Shown one piece after another: positions 1 through 16,894 of a stretch of 64,000 nucleotides of DNA. Where the stretch lies: assembly GCF_009914755.1 (NCBI RefSeq), contig NC_060926.1. One strand, 5' to 3'. Within the stretch, counting starts at the first letter, position 1. Every line of letters begins with the position of its first letter. The notes under the pieces were generated by a model. That model was not told the origin of the DNA. It made no database searches and saw nothing but the letters and a program-made list of their open reading frames with translations. A program made the translations under genes and the position numbers. Source of the stretch: the human T2T-CHM13v2.0 reference genome, Homo sapiens.

Positions 1-507
1 CATTTAACAAGCTTCTTCCTGATCGGTCCTTAACTTTCACCTATTTTACATATACCTATCTTTCTGTAATTAGTACCAGGCCAAGATCCCGTGTCAAGCT
101 TCTACTTCAGGCTCTGATTGGTTCTGGGCCAAGGTTCCAGGCCAAGGTCTCAGGCCAAGCTTTCACCTCAGCCCCGATTGGTCCTTTACACTATTTTTCC
201 TCTTTCTGGATGGTACTTTTTCCAGGACTATCCATAAACTAATCAGCACTCACTTTCTCATTTCAAGTCCATAAAAAACCCTAGACTCAGCCTCATAGAC
301 GTCAATGCTATTTTGGGTCCCCTCTTCCTGTTGAGAGCTTTTCTGTCACTAAATAAATATGACTCTGCCTTACTCACTCTCTGATGTCTGTGTGCCTTAT
401 TTTTCTTGGTCAGGGGACAAGAACCCAGAGCTTGCAGGTGGTTGGAGTAAAAGAGCTCTAATACTGCCTCCCACTCACCAAACAACAGGAGTGAAAAAGC
501 TGCAACA
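1..507 (+). mobile_element. ERV1-class LTR, 3' part (cut by window edge)
   Basis: Two gattgg (inverted CCAAT) boxes at ~116 and ~176, aataaa at ~351, 'gacaagaacccag' U5-like motif, ends ...gctgcaaca. Subfamily not resolved. Confidence 0.65.
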
Positions 508-1324
508 CTATGATGACCTGGTGGTCAGAGAATCATTCACACCACTGGCATGAACATAAAAGAACTATGCCATGTTGAGGAGTTTCTGACAGGATAAAGG
601 GAGCACCATTCTTTGGCATAGCTGGAAGTGACAGAGATGGGCACAACTAGGCCATGGAGCAAGTAAAGTGGAAGTCCCAGGAAACCAGATGATTAAAATT
701 TATCTGTTTCTAAGAAAAAGTTGACCTTATAAAGAACTTGGGTAAGGGACATAGGGTGAAAGCCAATGTTTCTAAGTAACATTAATAAAGAAAGATATCT
801 TGAGAGCCTATGTTGTGGGAGATCTTTAAATGTAATTAGATACTATAATGGAGAGAATACAGAAAAAAATAGTTTATCTCGCATTTTATTAACATGAGAC
901 TATTAGTTGTTATTTTCTTGTTTTACCAGCATAATATGATTAATATTTATGTTCACATCTTGGAATCATTAGAATATCATGAAGTGGTTTTGGCATAATG
1001 CAAGAGAAATTAAATCATCTTCAGCATCATTCTACTGTATAATCAATTTCTATTGTTTTGCAGAAAGTAATTAATAAATGCATATTATTATCATTTGTTA
1101 CTCAGAATTTTTGTTTAAGTTGATTACAGTATATTCTAATTATGTGTTGTTTATAATCAAGGTTCTGTAAACAAGAGTTCGAACACATAAAATTTGAACA
1201 CATTATGTAAATCATACTAACCATAATTGTCATTGCAGAGTTTTCTGCAGAACAGCCAATTTGGTGAAAAATTAGATAAAGAAAGTAATTATTTTTAATT
1301 ACCTATTTAATGAGCCCAGTATTT

Positions 1325-1516
1325 TACTGTGAGGGCACAGAAAGAAGGCAACTGTCTGCAAACCAAGAAAAGAGCCCTCGACACACACAGAATCTTCTAG
1401 CATCATGATCTTGGACTTCCCAGCCTCCAGAACTGTGAAAAATAAGTGGTAAGTGTGTATTGGTAAGTGACCCAGTCTGTGATATTTTGTTATAGCAGTT
1501 TGAACAGAGTAATACA
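1325..1516 (+). mobile_element. MaLR LTR (MLT1/MST) 3' fragment
   Basis: 'cttggacttcccagcctccagaactgtga...ttgttatagcag...taataca' is the typical MaLR LTR 3' end. Confidence 0.8.
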
Positions 1517-4309
1517 TCCATCATTGATTTTTGCCCCATTTCAGATATCAACACGTAAGAAAAGTCAAATAACGTAATAATTGTTTTGAAAATCGTTTTA
1601 TCCTTTACATCCACTGAAAGCATCCGAGAGAGTTTTGGGAGTCCAGAATTTACTCACGAATGAGTACATGTGTATAATGGGAAGAAAAACAAAATAGTTA
1701 ATTGTGTTTTCTAAGTTATCCAATCAAGCAAATGTAACACTCACATGTGTTCACTGTATATTTGGTGATATTCTGAAGAGGTGATTTAAAAATTAGTGTC
1801 CATAAATTAAAGAGTGATGTATAGTATTTCACATTTCCAAGTGTAGGGAGAAAAAAGCCAGTTTTTACTCAATGCAGTATAGTTATCATCATTAAAATTG
1901 AAAGGCTGTTTTTGCCAATGAAATATTTCTTTGCACTTACTGAAATTCACATTTATTTTTACTCAGTGCCATGAAGGTTGGAGTTGAAATATATCTTTCC
2001 TTTGTACCTAAAACATAATGAAAAATGTGACATTATAAGAAAAAAGTGAATAATGATAGCCACTCCTAACAGCTTGATCCAATAATTTACTTATCGATGG
2101 CAGCATAGTCACCATAACCTGCTGACTGTTTCTAAAGTGTCAGGAGATGCTGTCAGGGGAAATATGTTGTCCAACACACATAAAGATGATGCCACTGATC
2201 CATTGTGTCAGTTATTCAGTGTTGGTGATGGATTTACTCTTGTCTCCATTGAGATACTTTTTTCTACTTACCCTCCTTCTACCCTTTTGACCACTGAAAC
2301 TAATTTTTTAAAGAAGCTGTGAGGATGGAAAGAGCAGTATGCGGAAATGACTACAGATGTCCTACTATAAGAAGACTGGGCTTCTTGCTTTTCTTCACTT
2401 TTTTTTCCATTGTTTGCAGACTGTGTAAGAAGAATTTACCCAAAACTGACACATCCTTTGCCAAGTACCATAATTTTGCATGTCCATTTATTTATCAATG
2501 TGTCTTATTCTCTGTATAAAACTAGATAAATATAAATATAGTCATAGGGTGGATAGGTAACACATCAATGTTGTGTTAATGAATAAATGACAAACTGTTT
2601 TAAGGACCAGTTAAGTGAAGCAGCTGTTAGGGAAGAAGAATAAAACAGCTTCTATGGAATTTACATGAGAATAGTATTACAGAATTGTTTGTCCCCTTGC
2701 CTGATTAAGAATATTTAGGGGGTTTTGATTGAAGCAGAAAAGAATAAAGGGATATACCCATCTTGGTTAAACAGTTAAGTAAACCCTAACACCTTATGAG
2801 AGTTTGAATAAAATAATGGTTATAATAAGTATCAAATACTAGAATAATTGAATATTTTAATTGATCAACATATAGCACACATCCAAACTTATAAAAGGAG
2901 GAATAAACCTCATGGATTAGGTAATCCAAAATAACAGCACTAAGGTTCAGACAAGGAAAAAAAACATGTATCAAGAATAGCCAGGTAACTGGTGTTACAT
3001 CTAGATATTTCCTATATCTAATAATATTATTGAAAGAGAATGATGGTAGAGTGTGTCTAGTTAAGATACTCATGGAGAAAAAAAAAAGATATTTTTATTT
3101 GGACCATGGAGTCAGATAAAGCATTAACAGGTAAAGAATAAGAAGGAATTTGAGATAATGTGGAGGGGGGAGAAAAAGCCTATTGTCATATTTTTAACTA
3201 TTAGAAATCAAAATTTTATAATTTTACAATTTTACTAAGGGATTTTAAAGGCAGAGGGGCTTTTGTATATTTGTATTTGTTATCCTGAGGGAATATGATC
3301 AAAGACTTTTTTTGGAAAAATTAATCACACATGCACATAGATTTTAGGAGAGATTGAGAGAAATTGATGAAAAAAGCATATCTGAGGATTTATTTTTGAT
3401 ATCAAAGATACAAATGTTTTGCAACTCATCCTAAGTATTTACAATGTAATGAAAAATAAGGCCTATAGACCAGAGAATCTGGAAAGAATTGGGAGGGTTG
3501 TTTGCTAGTATGTGGAAAGGAAGAGCATAGTAAGCTGTCATATCAAGAAGAATCTGTATTGTCAGTAAAAACATCAACCCGAGTGCTGGAGTCTCCAAAT
3601 AATTGTGGGATTCACTGCCTTTATTATAAAGATGCAATCGATTTCGGGAATTTTCTTTACATCTCATGTCACATTCTTCTGATTATCTTCAATAATGGCC
3701 AATATCTTCATTCTTTTGATAGTAATACATAATTGAAAAATGCTTCAAACTCGTTCAGATTCTCATGTAACAATTAAGGTCTGTGGTCTCTGTTGAAACT
3801 TTTCATGTGATTTTTAAAAAAAGAGACTGTATTATTTCGGAAAGAATACCAAGAGATGTATCAGTCCATACCAATGTTGATCAGTATTTATGAATCTCTG
3901 AAATGCACTGTTTTGAATGCCAACATTAGTTTAGATATATTAAATTTACTAGGATAGGTGAAAAACAGGGCCCTATATTTATTACATTTTATTAGGAATC
4001 AAAATGCATGCAAGTCTGTTGTGTAATTTCACTGAGTTACACTAGTAGTTACAAAACTGAGTGATTTGCCTGTTTTATCTAACCCAATCAACATAAGCCA
4101 TTTCATTGAATCTATAACATATAACCTTTTCTCCATATGTTAGAAAACATTTATTATATGCCTTCAACATAAACATATTTTTCTTCAGAAAGAACTACCT
4201 AGTCCCCAGATTTGGTAGAGAAGCCTAATAAGTAAAGTCATAACATCCCCTAATTCTCTTTAATAGAAATTATGACAACTTACTGTAGCTGATTCTTTAA
4301 ATTATCTGC

Positions 4310-6375
4310 ATCCCTACAGTGCCTGGTGTGGTGCCTCATCTTGATCCCCCTTCAGGTCTCAGGAGCTAAGCCCCCAATTGCTGGGAACGTTCAGTATTGA
4401 TGACCTGTGCTTGCATGCTTGCATTGATGGTAGCTGCCCCACATTTTCAGCTGGTCAGTGACGAACTACAAAACTTGTCTCCCTGTCTCTACCTTGAACA
4501 TTTTCAAAGGCCCATTGTAGTTTCACATCTTTCTGTGCAACTAATGGGAGCTATTGCTGCATCTGCATCACTGTTCAGCTTCTCTCTGACCAATTCTGCT
4601 TCAATTGCTCTCTCTCTCAAAAGTCTTATTCCTGAGAGCCTTTCCCACTAAAATATCCTTAATTCAAGTCTCAGAGTCCATTTTTTAAAAACACAGACAT
4701 AAGACCTTTCATTCTGTTAGTTCCTAGGAAACAAACACTAATATGCAATTGTCAATTGCACCACCCACCACCACCTGGCAATGAGGCCCACATCACTGGT
4801 AGTATGTTGAATAGGAATAGCTCTTGGCATATGTGGCAGTGTGATTGTTAAAGTTCATGAATAACAAAGTGATACACCAAAATGGGCTACTAGTGAACGT
4901 TAATTCACTAATGAGCACAACACATCAGGCTTTTGAGGGTTATGTGAAAAGTAGTAATTATAAGAAAGATGACTGTTGATGGTTGTTGTGGGGAATAGTC
5001 CATACACTGGAGACAGACTATGAAGTCGAGTGTTATTAATCACCAATTTAGGTGAAATATAAGAGCCAGCAGGCCTCCTTTCTTATCTCAGCTAAAGTGT
5101 ACTAAAAGCTGTGGATTATGTCCTGGGTTAAGTCCTGGATTAACCCCAGGACTTTAGTAGAAAAGAAGCAGAGATCCAAAAATAGTTGACTTTTTATTAA
5201 AAGTCTTCTATGCCGATGTCAAGAGATTGATTGGGAGGAATTGTAAACTTCAGTATGCATTGGTGTGATGGTTAATATTGAGTGTCATCATGATTGTATT
5301 AAAGGATACAAAGTATTGTTCCTGGGTGTGTCTCTGTGAAGGTGTTGCCAAAGGAGATTAACATTTATGTCAGTGGACTGGGAAAGGCAGACCCACCCTC
5401 AATCTGGGTAGGCACAGTCTAATAAACTGCCAGCCCAGCCAGAATATAAGCAGGTAGAAGAATGTGGAAAGACTAGACTGGCTTAGTCTTCTGGCATACA
5501 TGCTTCTCCCCTGCTAGATGCTTCCTGCCCTCAAACATCGGACTCCAAGCTCTTCAGCTTTGGGACTCAGACTGGCTTCCTTGCTCCTTAGCTTGCAGAC
5601 GGCCTATTGTGGGACCTTGTGATCATGTGAGTCAATATTTCTTAACAAACTCTCCTTTATATATACATCTATCCTGTTAGTTCTGTCCCTCTAGGGAATC
5701 CTAATACAAATGTCTGAATTGAAGCACTTGAGAATCTTGAATCACGGATTCTCCAGGCAACCATTTCAGTTGAAGACTTACTCTGGCAGAAGACAACTTA
5801 AAAATTTCTTCTTTGCCAAAAAATATAAACACTCATCAGGGTCTACCCCTATCTTTCTTCATAGCTACAAAACCATTAAACCATTTAATATACACCATTA
5901 AAAGGGCCTATATCTCATAGGAGCTGCAAGAGTCTGACAAGTTTGTATGATAATAGAGACAAGGTTCCTGGATCAAGAGTGGCATGTAACATCAAGCTTG
6001 ATTACAGATTGATTATTATTATAAGAGCACTGTCTTTTAATACAGGATTTAAAACTTTGTAAAGGATCTAGAGGTGGTAGCAGAACCAAGGGAGACATCC
6101 ATGTTCACACAACTATTTTGGTTCTTGAAAGCTTGGAAATAGTAATAGCCTACGCTATCTGAAGTGAAAATGCCACAATTTCCACAGAAGCCACTATAGA
6201 AAATAGAACAAAAGGCTCAGAGAAGTAGGCCGCATATCTCAGAAGGGTAAAAAACATACAAGCTAATTACGTGCTATGTGATGGCCCAGAAATCACTCCA
6301 TTTACCAAAGTGAACATAAATGTGCTAGTGAGGGGAGTACAGGTATCTCTGAGAAATTCAATGGTCTCTTTCTTT
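4310..6375 (+). mobile_element. Old ERVL provirus remnant: LTR16-like LTR (~4310-4705) plus degraded internal sequence, interrupted by MLT2A
   Basis: LTR end resembles 'ctcagagtc...taagac'. 6280-6370 'actccatttaccaaag...gctagtgaggggagtac' resembles ERVL gag-region consensus. Boundaries approximate. Confidence 0.5.
5264..5708 (+). mobile_element. MLT2A (HERV-L) solo LTR
   Basis: Starts tgtgatggttaatattgagtgtca, contains 'gcagacccaccctcaatctgggt', ends ctaataca; ~445 bp. Confidence 0.9.
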
Positions 6376-6379
6376 TGTG

Positions 6380-6850
6380 GGCAACAGAACATTTTTAAAG
6401 TACCAAAAAGGTATAGACAAACAAAAACTGCTCAATCTAAACTTTTATACACTCAGATATGCTTTAAACTTAAGACAAGTTTTTAAAAGTCCTAAAATAT
6501 TCATTCTCAGGAGACTTGCATTGCAGGAAATTGGAAAGGCAGTTCTTAAGGTAAAATGGAAAGAATAACAAATGAAAGGAAAAAGCAGCTTTACATAGAA
6601 AGAATGGAGAGGCCAGAAATGGTAAATTGTGAGTAAATACATTTTCTATTTTAAATCTCATTAAACAATAGCTTTCAAAGCAAAAATAACAATGCAACAA
6701 TGCACTACTGAGTATATAAGATGTGTAGAAGAGGGGATGGAACCATTCTATTTTCTGACAGTATACGTTACTATAATATATGGGGAAGTAGTATATTATT
6801 TGAAGATAGATTATGATAAACTAAGCATATTTATTGTAAATTCTAGACTA
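6380..6850 (+). mobile_element. Old L1M fragment
   Basis: A-rich degraded L1-like sequence ('gtatattatttgaagatagattatgataaactaag'). Confidence 0.45.
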
Positions 6851-7297
6851 AGGGTCAGGAAACTATGGCCTAAGTAGGTAGGTCTTACTTACAGTAAGTC
6901 TGGCCCAGTACCAGATGTACAAAATGTTGTTTACAGTTGTCAAAGTATATTAAAAAAATCAAAAGGAAGATTAAGTAGGAATAGAGGTGAGAAGAAAAGG
7001 AGGAAGAGATGAGGAGGAGGAGAAAAAAAAATATCACCATATGCAGTTCCGCAGTCTGGCAAATCTTTTTCTGAAGAAAAAAAAGAGATAGAAAATATTT
7101 TAGGGTTTGTGTGGCTTCCATTCATTAGCTTTCTATAATCTTTCCTCCTCAAGTAATGTGTTCAATGATGACACTGAAATATTTCCTATTGGATAATAGA
7201 AGCAATCACATTTAACATATCAAATTTTATTAAAGTAAATCTTCCATCTTTTGGAAAAAAATGAATTAGTTTTATTGTTAAAAGTATTCATAAATCA

Positions 7298-7653
<356 letters not shown>

Positions 7654-8694
7654 TCAACTACTAAATTTACAAAATCACTAGAAACATAAAAGATTAAATT
7701 TCAATAAAAAGCAATTCCTAATAATTATGACTTTTTATAAATGTCACTCTACAAAGCACTTTAAATATTTCTTTTCTAGTAGCTCATTTAATGTTTATAA
7801 CCTTTTATTAGTGGGACAATTGTTGTACCAATGATAAGGAAAATGAGGAGAAATAAATTCTCTTTCAATATGTGCTGTTATGACTGATGAGCTTTTTTTA
7901 GTTTTTATTTGAAGTATTTCTAAATAGCACAGAATTTACTGAGCTTATTAGATTAATGGAAAACAAATATATGTAATAAATAGCACAGATTAATAGTTTG
8001 CTAATACTGATTTGAATAAATTAAAATCATCAAAATGTACACAGCATATGTTGAATAAAATATTGTGCTGCACATTATAGTAATGTTTCTATTAATAGGC
8101 TGCTCATTTATAGTAGCATATGGCAGGTTTGGTGACAGCCAGGGAACTATTAATTCAGATAGGGTGAGAAATAAAAGGCCTCTCATGAAGTGATGAGTTT
8201 TCAATAAGTCATTAAACAAAGTGTTATTAAATTCCTACTATGTGTCACTGTTATAGGTAAAAGAGATATAGCACTAAAAGCAAGGGAGGTAAGACTCCTG
8301 CCTTCATGGATCTTGAAAGAAAGAGACAGAGAGATGGGAAAACAAGTTAATCTTAAATATTAAGTGCTATGAACCCACAACAGGATTTTTTGTAAGCAAC
8401 TGGTAGGGGTGAGGGGAAGTCACTGTTGTTTTTAAGAGTCTAGAGTCTCTTTTAAAGGTTCAGTGCTTCACCTGAGACACCAATGTGGGGAATCTATGAA
8501 AACAGTGCTCAGAAAAAGATGAGCAGGGACAAAGGCTTAGAAAGAAAAAAAAAAGCCAGGTGGAGACACAGGAGACCTAACTCTTCAAATACACAACACT
8601 AAATTTGAGCAAGTCATTTGATAACTGTGCCTCTACTTCCTAATCCATAGTGAGTTGGATTAGATGTCCATGTAAAATGTTTTAGTTAACAATC

Positions 8695-8952
8695 TTTTTG
8701 TCTTGCTCTGTCTTCGGGTTGGAGTGCAGTGGTGTGATCATAGTAGACTAGCAGCCTCACTGCAGCCTCAAACTCTGGGCTCAAAGGATTCTCCTGCATC
8801 AGCCTCCTCAGTAGCTGGGACTACAGACATGCGCCACCAGGCCCAGCTATGTTTTTAATTTTTTCGTAGGGATGGGGTCTCATTTTGTTACCCAGGCTGG
8901 TCTAAAAACTTCTGAAATCAAGCGGTCCTTCTGCCTCAGCCTCCCGAAGTGT
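8695..8952 (-). mobile_element. AluJ-like element, 5'-truncated
   Basis: 'ggagtgcagtggtgtgatcata...cactgcagcctca...gggctcaa' AluJ-type right arm, plus linker and part of the left arm. Confidence 0.85.
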
Positions 8953-9756
8953 CAACAACTTTTTACAATATTTTTAATACTTTTATATTATACCTAAAAT
9001 AACTAGTCCTGCAGTTCCGCCCTATATTCCCAGGCAAGCACTCAATAATAAACCTGCGTATTCTATTTGGACAGATGAATAAAACATAGTGAGCTTCGAC
9101 CTTAGGTGTTAATTCTCTTACTCCCTAGTTTATCTGTAAGACTATATTATATCAACACATTAGCAAATTTTTGTTATGTTGGTTCATCTATTTTATGGTA
9201 GATTTTATTAATTTTTAAACAAACTTACTTTGTGTACTTTGATATATTGCTTATAGATAATATACATGATTATGTGTATTTTTCCTCACTTAAATGTTAC
9301 TCTACCTTACAATGTTACATTCACCTTATTACTCCACTCTGATTATGCTGTACATATTTTTTTAAAAATAAGTTATTTATAAAATAACATTCCTAAAAGC
9401 CAACTAATTGATAGCAGAATTCTATTTTAATATTAAAATTTATTTCTAAGAGAAGATACTCTAGTTTGCATTAAGATGTCATTTAATACTGAAAATTAGT
9501 AAATAAAATTTTAACTGTAATTTATCTATAACAGTAATATATATAGCCTTAAATCATGTTTTTACGCGTTGTTAATTTATACATGTTTTTACTAAGCTAA
9601 CCATATTTGCTACTATTTTTGTGCAGATCAAGCTGTAGTTCACTTGAAACAAAGGGATTGTGATCTTTGTACACAAGACATATTTGAACATATTTCTTCA
9701 ACAGAGATTAACCTCAGACCTACTGTGTGACATAAGTTATTGAAAATGCTGGATTA

Positions 9757-10015
<259 letters not shown>

Positions 10016-10219
10016 TTAATGTGCGAGGAGTTACTGGCTGAAGTCACACACAAAAAGCATCTCTTTGTGTACGATCCATGAATTTAATGATTTATCTATC
10101 ATACGTTTTTCTTTTCAAGAAACCGAGTATATGCGGATGTGGTTATGGAACTACTTCTTCAAATACAATGACGCATGTTTAAATCTTGCATTGATATTTT
10201 ACTTTTTTTTAAGTAGGTG

Positions 10220-11990
10220 TTCTTTCTTTTTCTTTTTCTTTATTTTATTATTTTTTTTTATTTTACTTTAAGTTCTGGGATACATGTACAGAAGCGTGCA
10301 GGTGTGTTACATAGGTACACATGTGCCATGGTGGTTTGCTGCATCTATCAACCCATCATCTAGGTTTTAACACCTGCATGCATTAGGTATTTGTCCTAAT
10401 GCCCTCCCTCCCCTTGCCCCCCACCCCCCAACAGGCCCTGGTGTGTGATGTTCCCCTCCCTGTGTCCATGTGTTCTTATTGTTCAACTCCTACTTATGAG
10501 TGAGAACATGCAGTGTTTGGTTTGCTGTTCCTGTGTTAGTTTGCTGAGGATGATGGTTTCCAGCTTCATCCATGTCCTGCAAACGACATGAACTCATTCT
10601 TTTTTATGGCTACATAGTATTCCACAGTGTATATGTGCCACATTTTCTTTATCCAGTCTATCATTGATAGGCATTTGGGTTGGTTCCAAGTCTTTGCTAT
10701 TGTGAATAGTGCTGCAATAAACATATGTGTGCATGTGTCTGTATAGTAGAATAATTTATAACCCTTTGGGTATATACCCAGTAATGGAATTGCTGAGTCA
10801 AATGGAATTTCTGGTTCTAGATCCTTGAGGAATCACCACACTATCTTCAACAATGGTTGAACTAACTTACACTCCTGCCAACAATGTAAAAGCATTCCTA
10901 TTTCTCCACATCCTCACCAGCATCTGTTGTGCCTGACTTTTTAATAATTGCCATTCTAACTGGTGTGAGATGGCATCTCATTGTAGTTTTGATTTGCATT
11001 TCTCTAATGACCAGTGATGATGAGCTTTTCTTCATATGTTTTTTGGCCACATAAATGTCTTCTTTTGAGAAGTGTCTATTCATATCCTTCACCCACTTGT
11101 TGATGTGGTTGTTTGTTTTTTCTTGTAAATTTGTTTAAGTTTCTTGTAGATTCTGGATATTAGCCCTTTGTCAGATGGATAGATTGCAAAAATTTTCTCC
11201 CATTCTATAGGTTTCCTGTTCACTCTGATGATAGTTTATTTTGCTGTGTAGAAGCTCTTTAGCTTAATTAGATCCCATTTGTCAGTTTTGGCTTTTGTTG
11301 CAATTGCTTTTAGTGTTTTAATCTTGAAGTCTTTGCCCATGCCTATGTCCTGAATGATACTGTCTAGGTTTTCTTCTAGGGATTTTATGGTATTATGTTT
11401 AAGTCTTTAATCTATCTTGAGTTAATTTTTATGTAAAGTGTAAGGAAGGAGTCCAGTTTCAGTTGTCTGCATATGGCTAGCCAGTTTTCCCAGCACCATT
11501 TATTAAATAGGGAATCCTTTCCCCATTGCTTGTTTTTGTCAGGTTTGTCAAAGATCAGATGGTTGTAGATGTGTGGTGTTATTTCTTAGGCCTCTGTTCT
11601 GTTCCATTGGTCTATATATCTGTTTTCATATGAGTACCATGCTGTTTTGGTTACTGTAGCCTTGCAGTATAGTTTGAAGTCAGGTAGGGTGATGCCTCCT
11701 GCTTTGTTCTTTTTCCTTAGGATTGTCATGGCTACATGAGCTCTTTTTTGGTTCCGTAGTGAAATCTAAAGTAGATTTTCTAGTTCTGTGAAGAAAGTCA
11801 GTGGTAGTTTGATGGGAAAAACGTTGAATTTATAAATTACTTTGGGCATTGTGGCCATTTTCTTGATATTAATTCTTCCTATCCATGACCACGAAATTTT
11901 TTTCTATTTGTTTGTGTCCTCTCTTATTTCCTTGAGCAGTGATTTGTAGTTCTCCTTGAAAAGGTCCTTCATATCACTTCTTAGCTGTTT
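10220..11990 (-). mobile_element. 5'-truncated L1PA8-like element (3'UTR plus degraded ORF2 C-terminus)
   Basis: T-rich tail, 'taggttttaa...catgcattagg' 3'UTR typical of ~L1PA8. ORF 10898-11092 gives ORF2 peptide [11 protein letters not shown]. Confidence 0.9.
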
Positions 11991-12763
11991 TCTTATCTAT
12001 TTCCTATCAATTTCTGCATTGATATTTCATTCTTATAAAACAAGAATCCTGGTTTCATGGATTCTGTTTCATTCAGAGGGATTCTCTGACTTCCCAAATT
12101 CTAAACAAAACTCATAAAGTGCTTGTAACAATCATGACATTAGTTAATAGGGATTGGGAAGATACTGAGTTAGTGAAGGTGGCAAAAATTAATTATTCAG
12201 CCTGTCCTATTAGAATCAAATACCTATTAATTAGGCAATTTCACATTATTTCAATTTATGAAATTTAGTTCTTACAATAACTCTGCAAATTACTGAATTG
12301 CTTAGAATTATTTTGTCTTACAGAACAGAAATCCATTTTGGTTAACTAATTTTAAATAGATAATTAAGTAAATAAATATTTATAACTTTTTTAAAAAGCA
12401 GAGATAAAGGATCAAAGAAAAGCTAAATACCCACTTCTTATGAAGGACGGGAACACGCACAGCTGTAGAAATTTAAATTAGGAACACATGGATTATGTGT
12501 TTGGGATGTTGATTTTAGCCTTACCTTAATGTGACATTGCATTCAAACTTCAATTTACCAGGGCGAAAAGCCTGATAGCCTTGATTGAATGATTTGCTCA
12601 TTGCCTGATAGCAGGTAATAGGACATAGAGAATGAAGTTTCAATAAGCAGAATTTCTTCTAGAACCATATGGAATGAAGTGTGAAGATTACCCTTACGAA
12701 ATATGGAATGACTTTATCCAAAGAAGGGGAAAGGGAGGCTGTATAGAAGAATAAAGAAACTGT

Positions 12764-12778
12764 CTACAATATAGCTCT
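12764..12778 (+). repeat. L1HS target-site duplication, left copy (ctacaatatagctct)
   Basis: Identical 15-mer at 18818-18832. Confidence 0.95.
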
Positions 12779-13003
12779 CTTTTTTTTTTTTTTTATTTTT
12801 TTATTATACTCTAAGTTTTAGGGTACATGTGCACATTGTGCAGGTTACATATGTATACATGTGCCATGCTGGTGTGCTGCACCCACTAACGTGTCATCTA
12901 GCATTAGGTATATCTCCCAATGCTATCCCTCCCCCCTCCCCCGACCCCACCACAGTCCCCAGAGTGTGATATTCCCCTTCCTGTGTCCAAGTGTTCTCAT
13001 TGT

Positions 13004-16831
<3,828 letters not shown>

Positions 16832-16894
16832 TATGATGTTAGCTGGTGATTTTGCTCATTAGTTGATGCAGTTTCTTCCTAGTCTCGATGGTCT

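Noticed and set aside
8210-8650. Probable L2/MIR fragments (also ~20400, 22700, 37500, 44900, 63700)
   Set aside because: Too degraded to delimit reliably by eye.
10187-12027. tgcattgatattt on both sides of the L1PA8-like element as a TSD
   Set aside because: Both copies lie 20-25 bp from the element ends; cannot be supported as a TSD.
12927-12953. G-quadruplex-forming tract on the minus strand
   Set aside because: Standard L1 3'UTR polypurine tract; not locus-specific.
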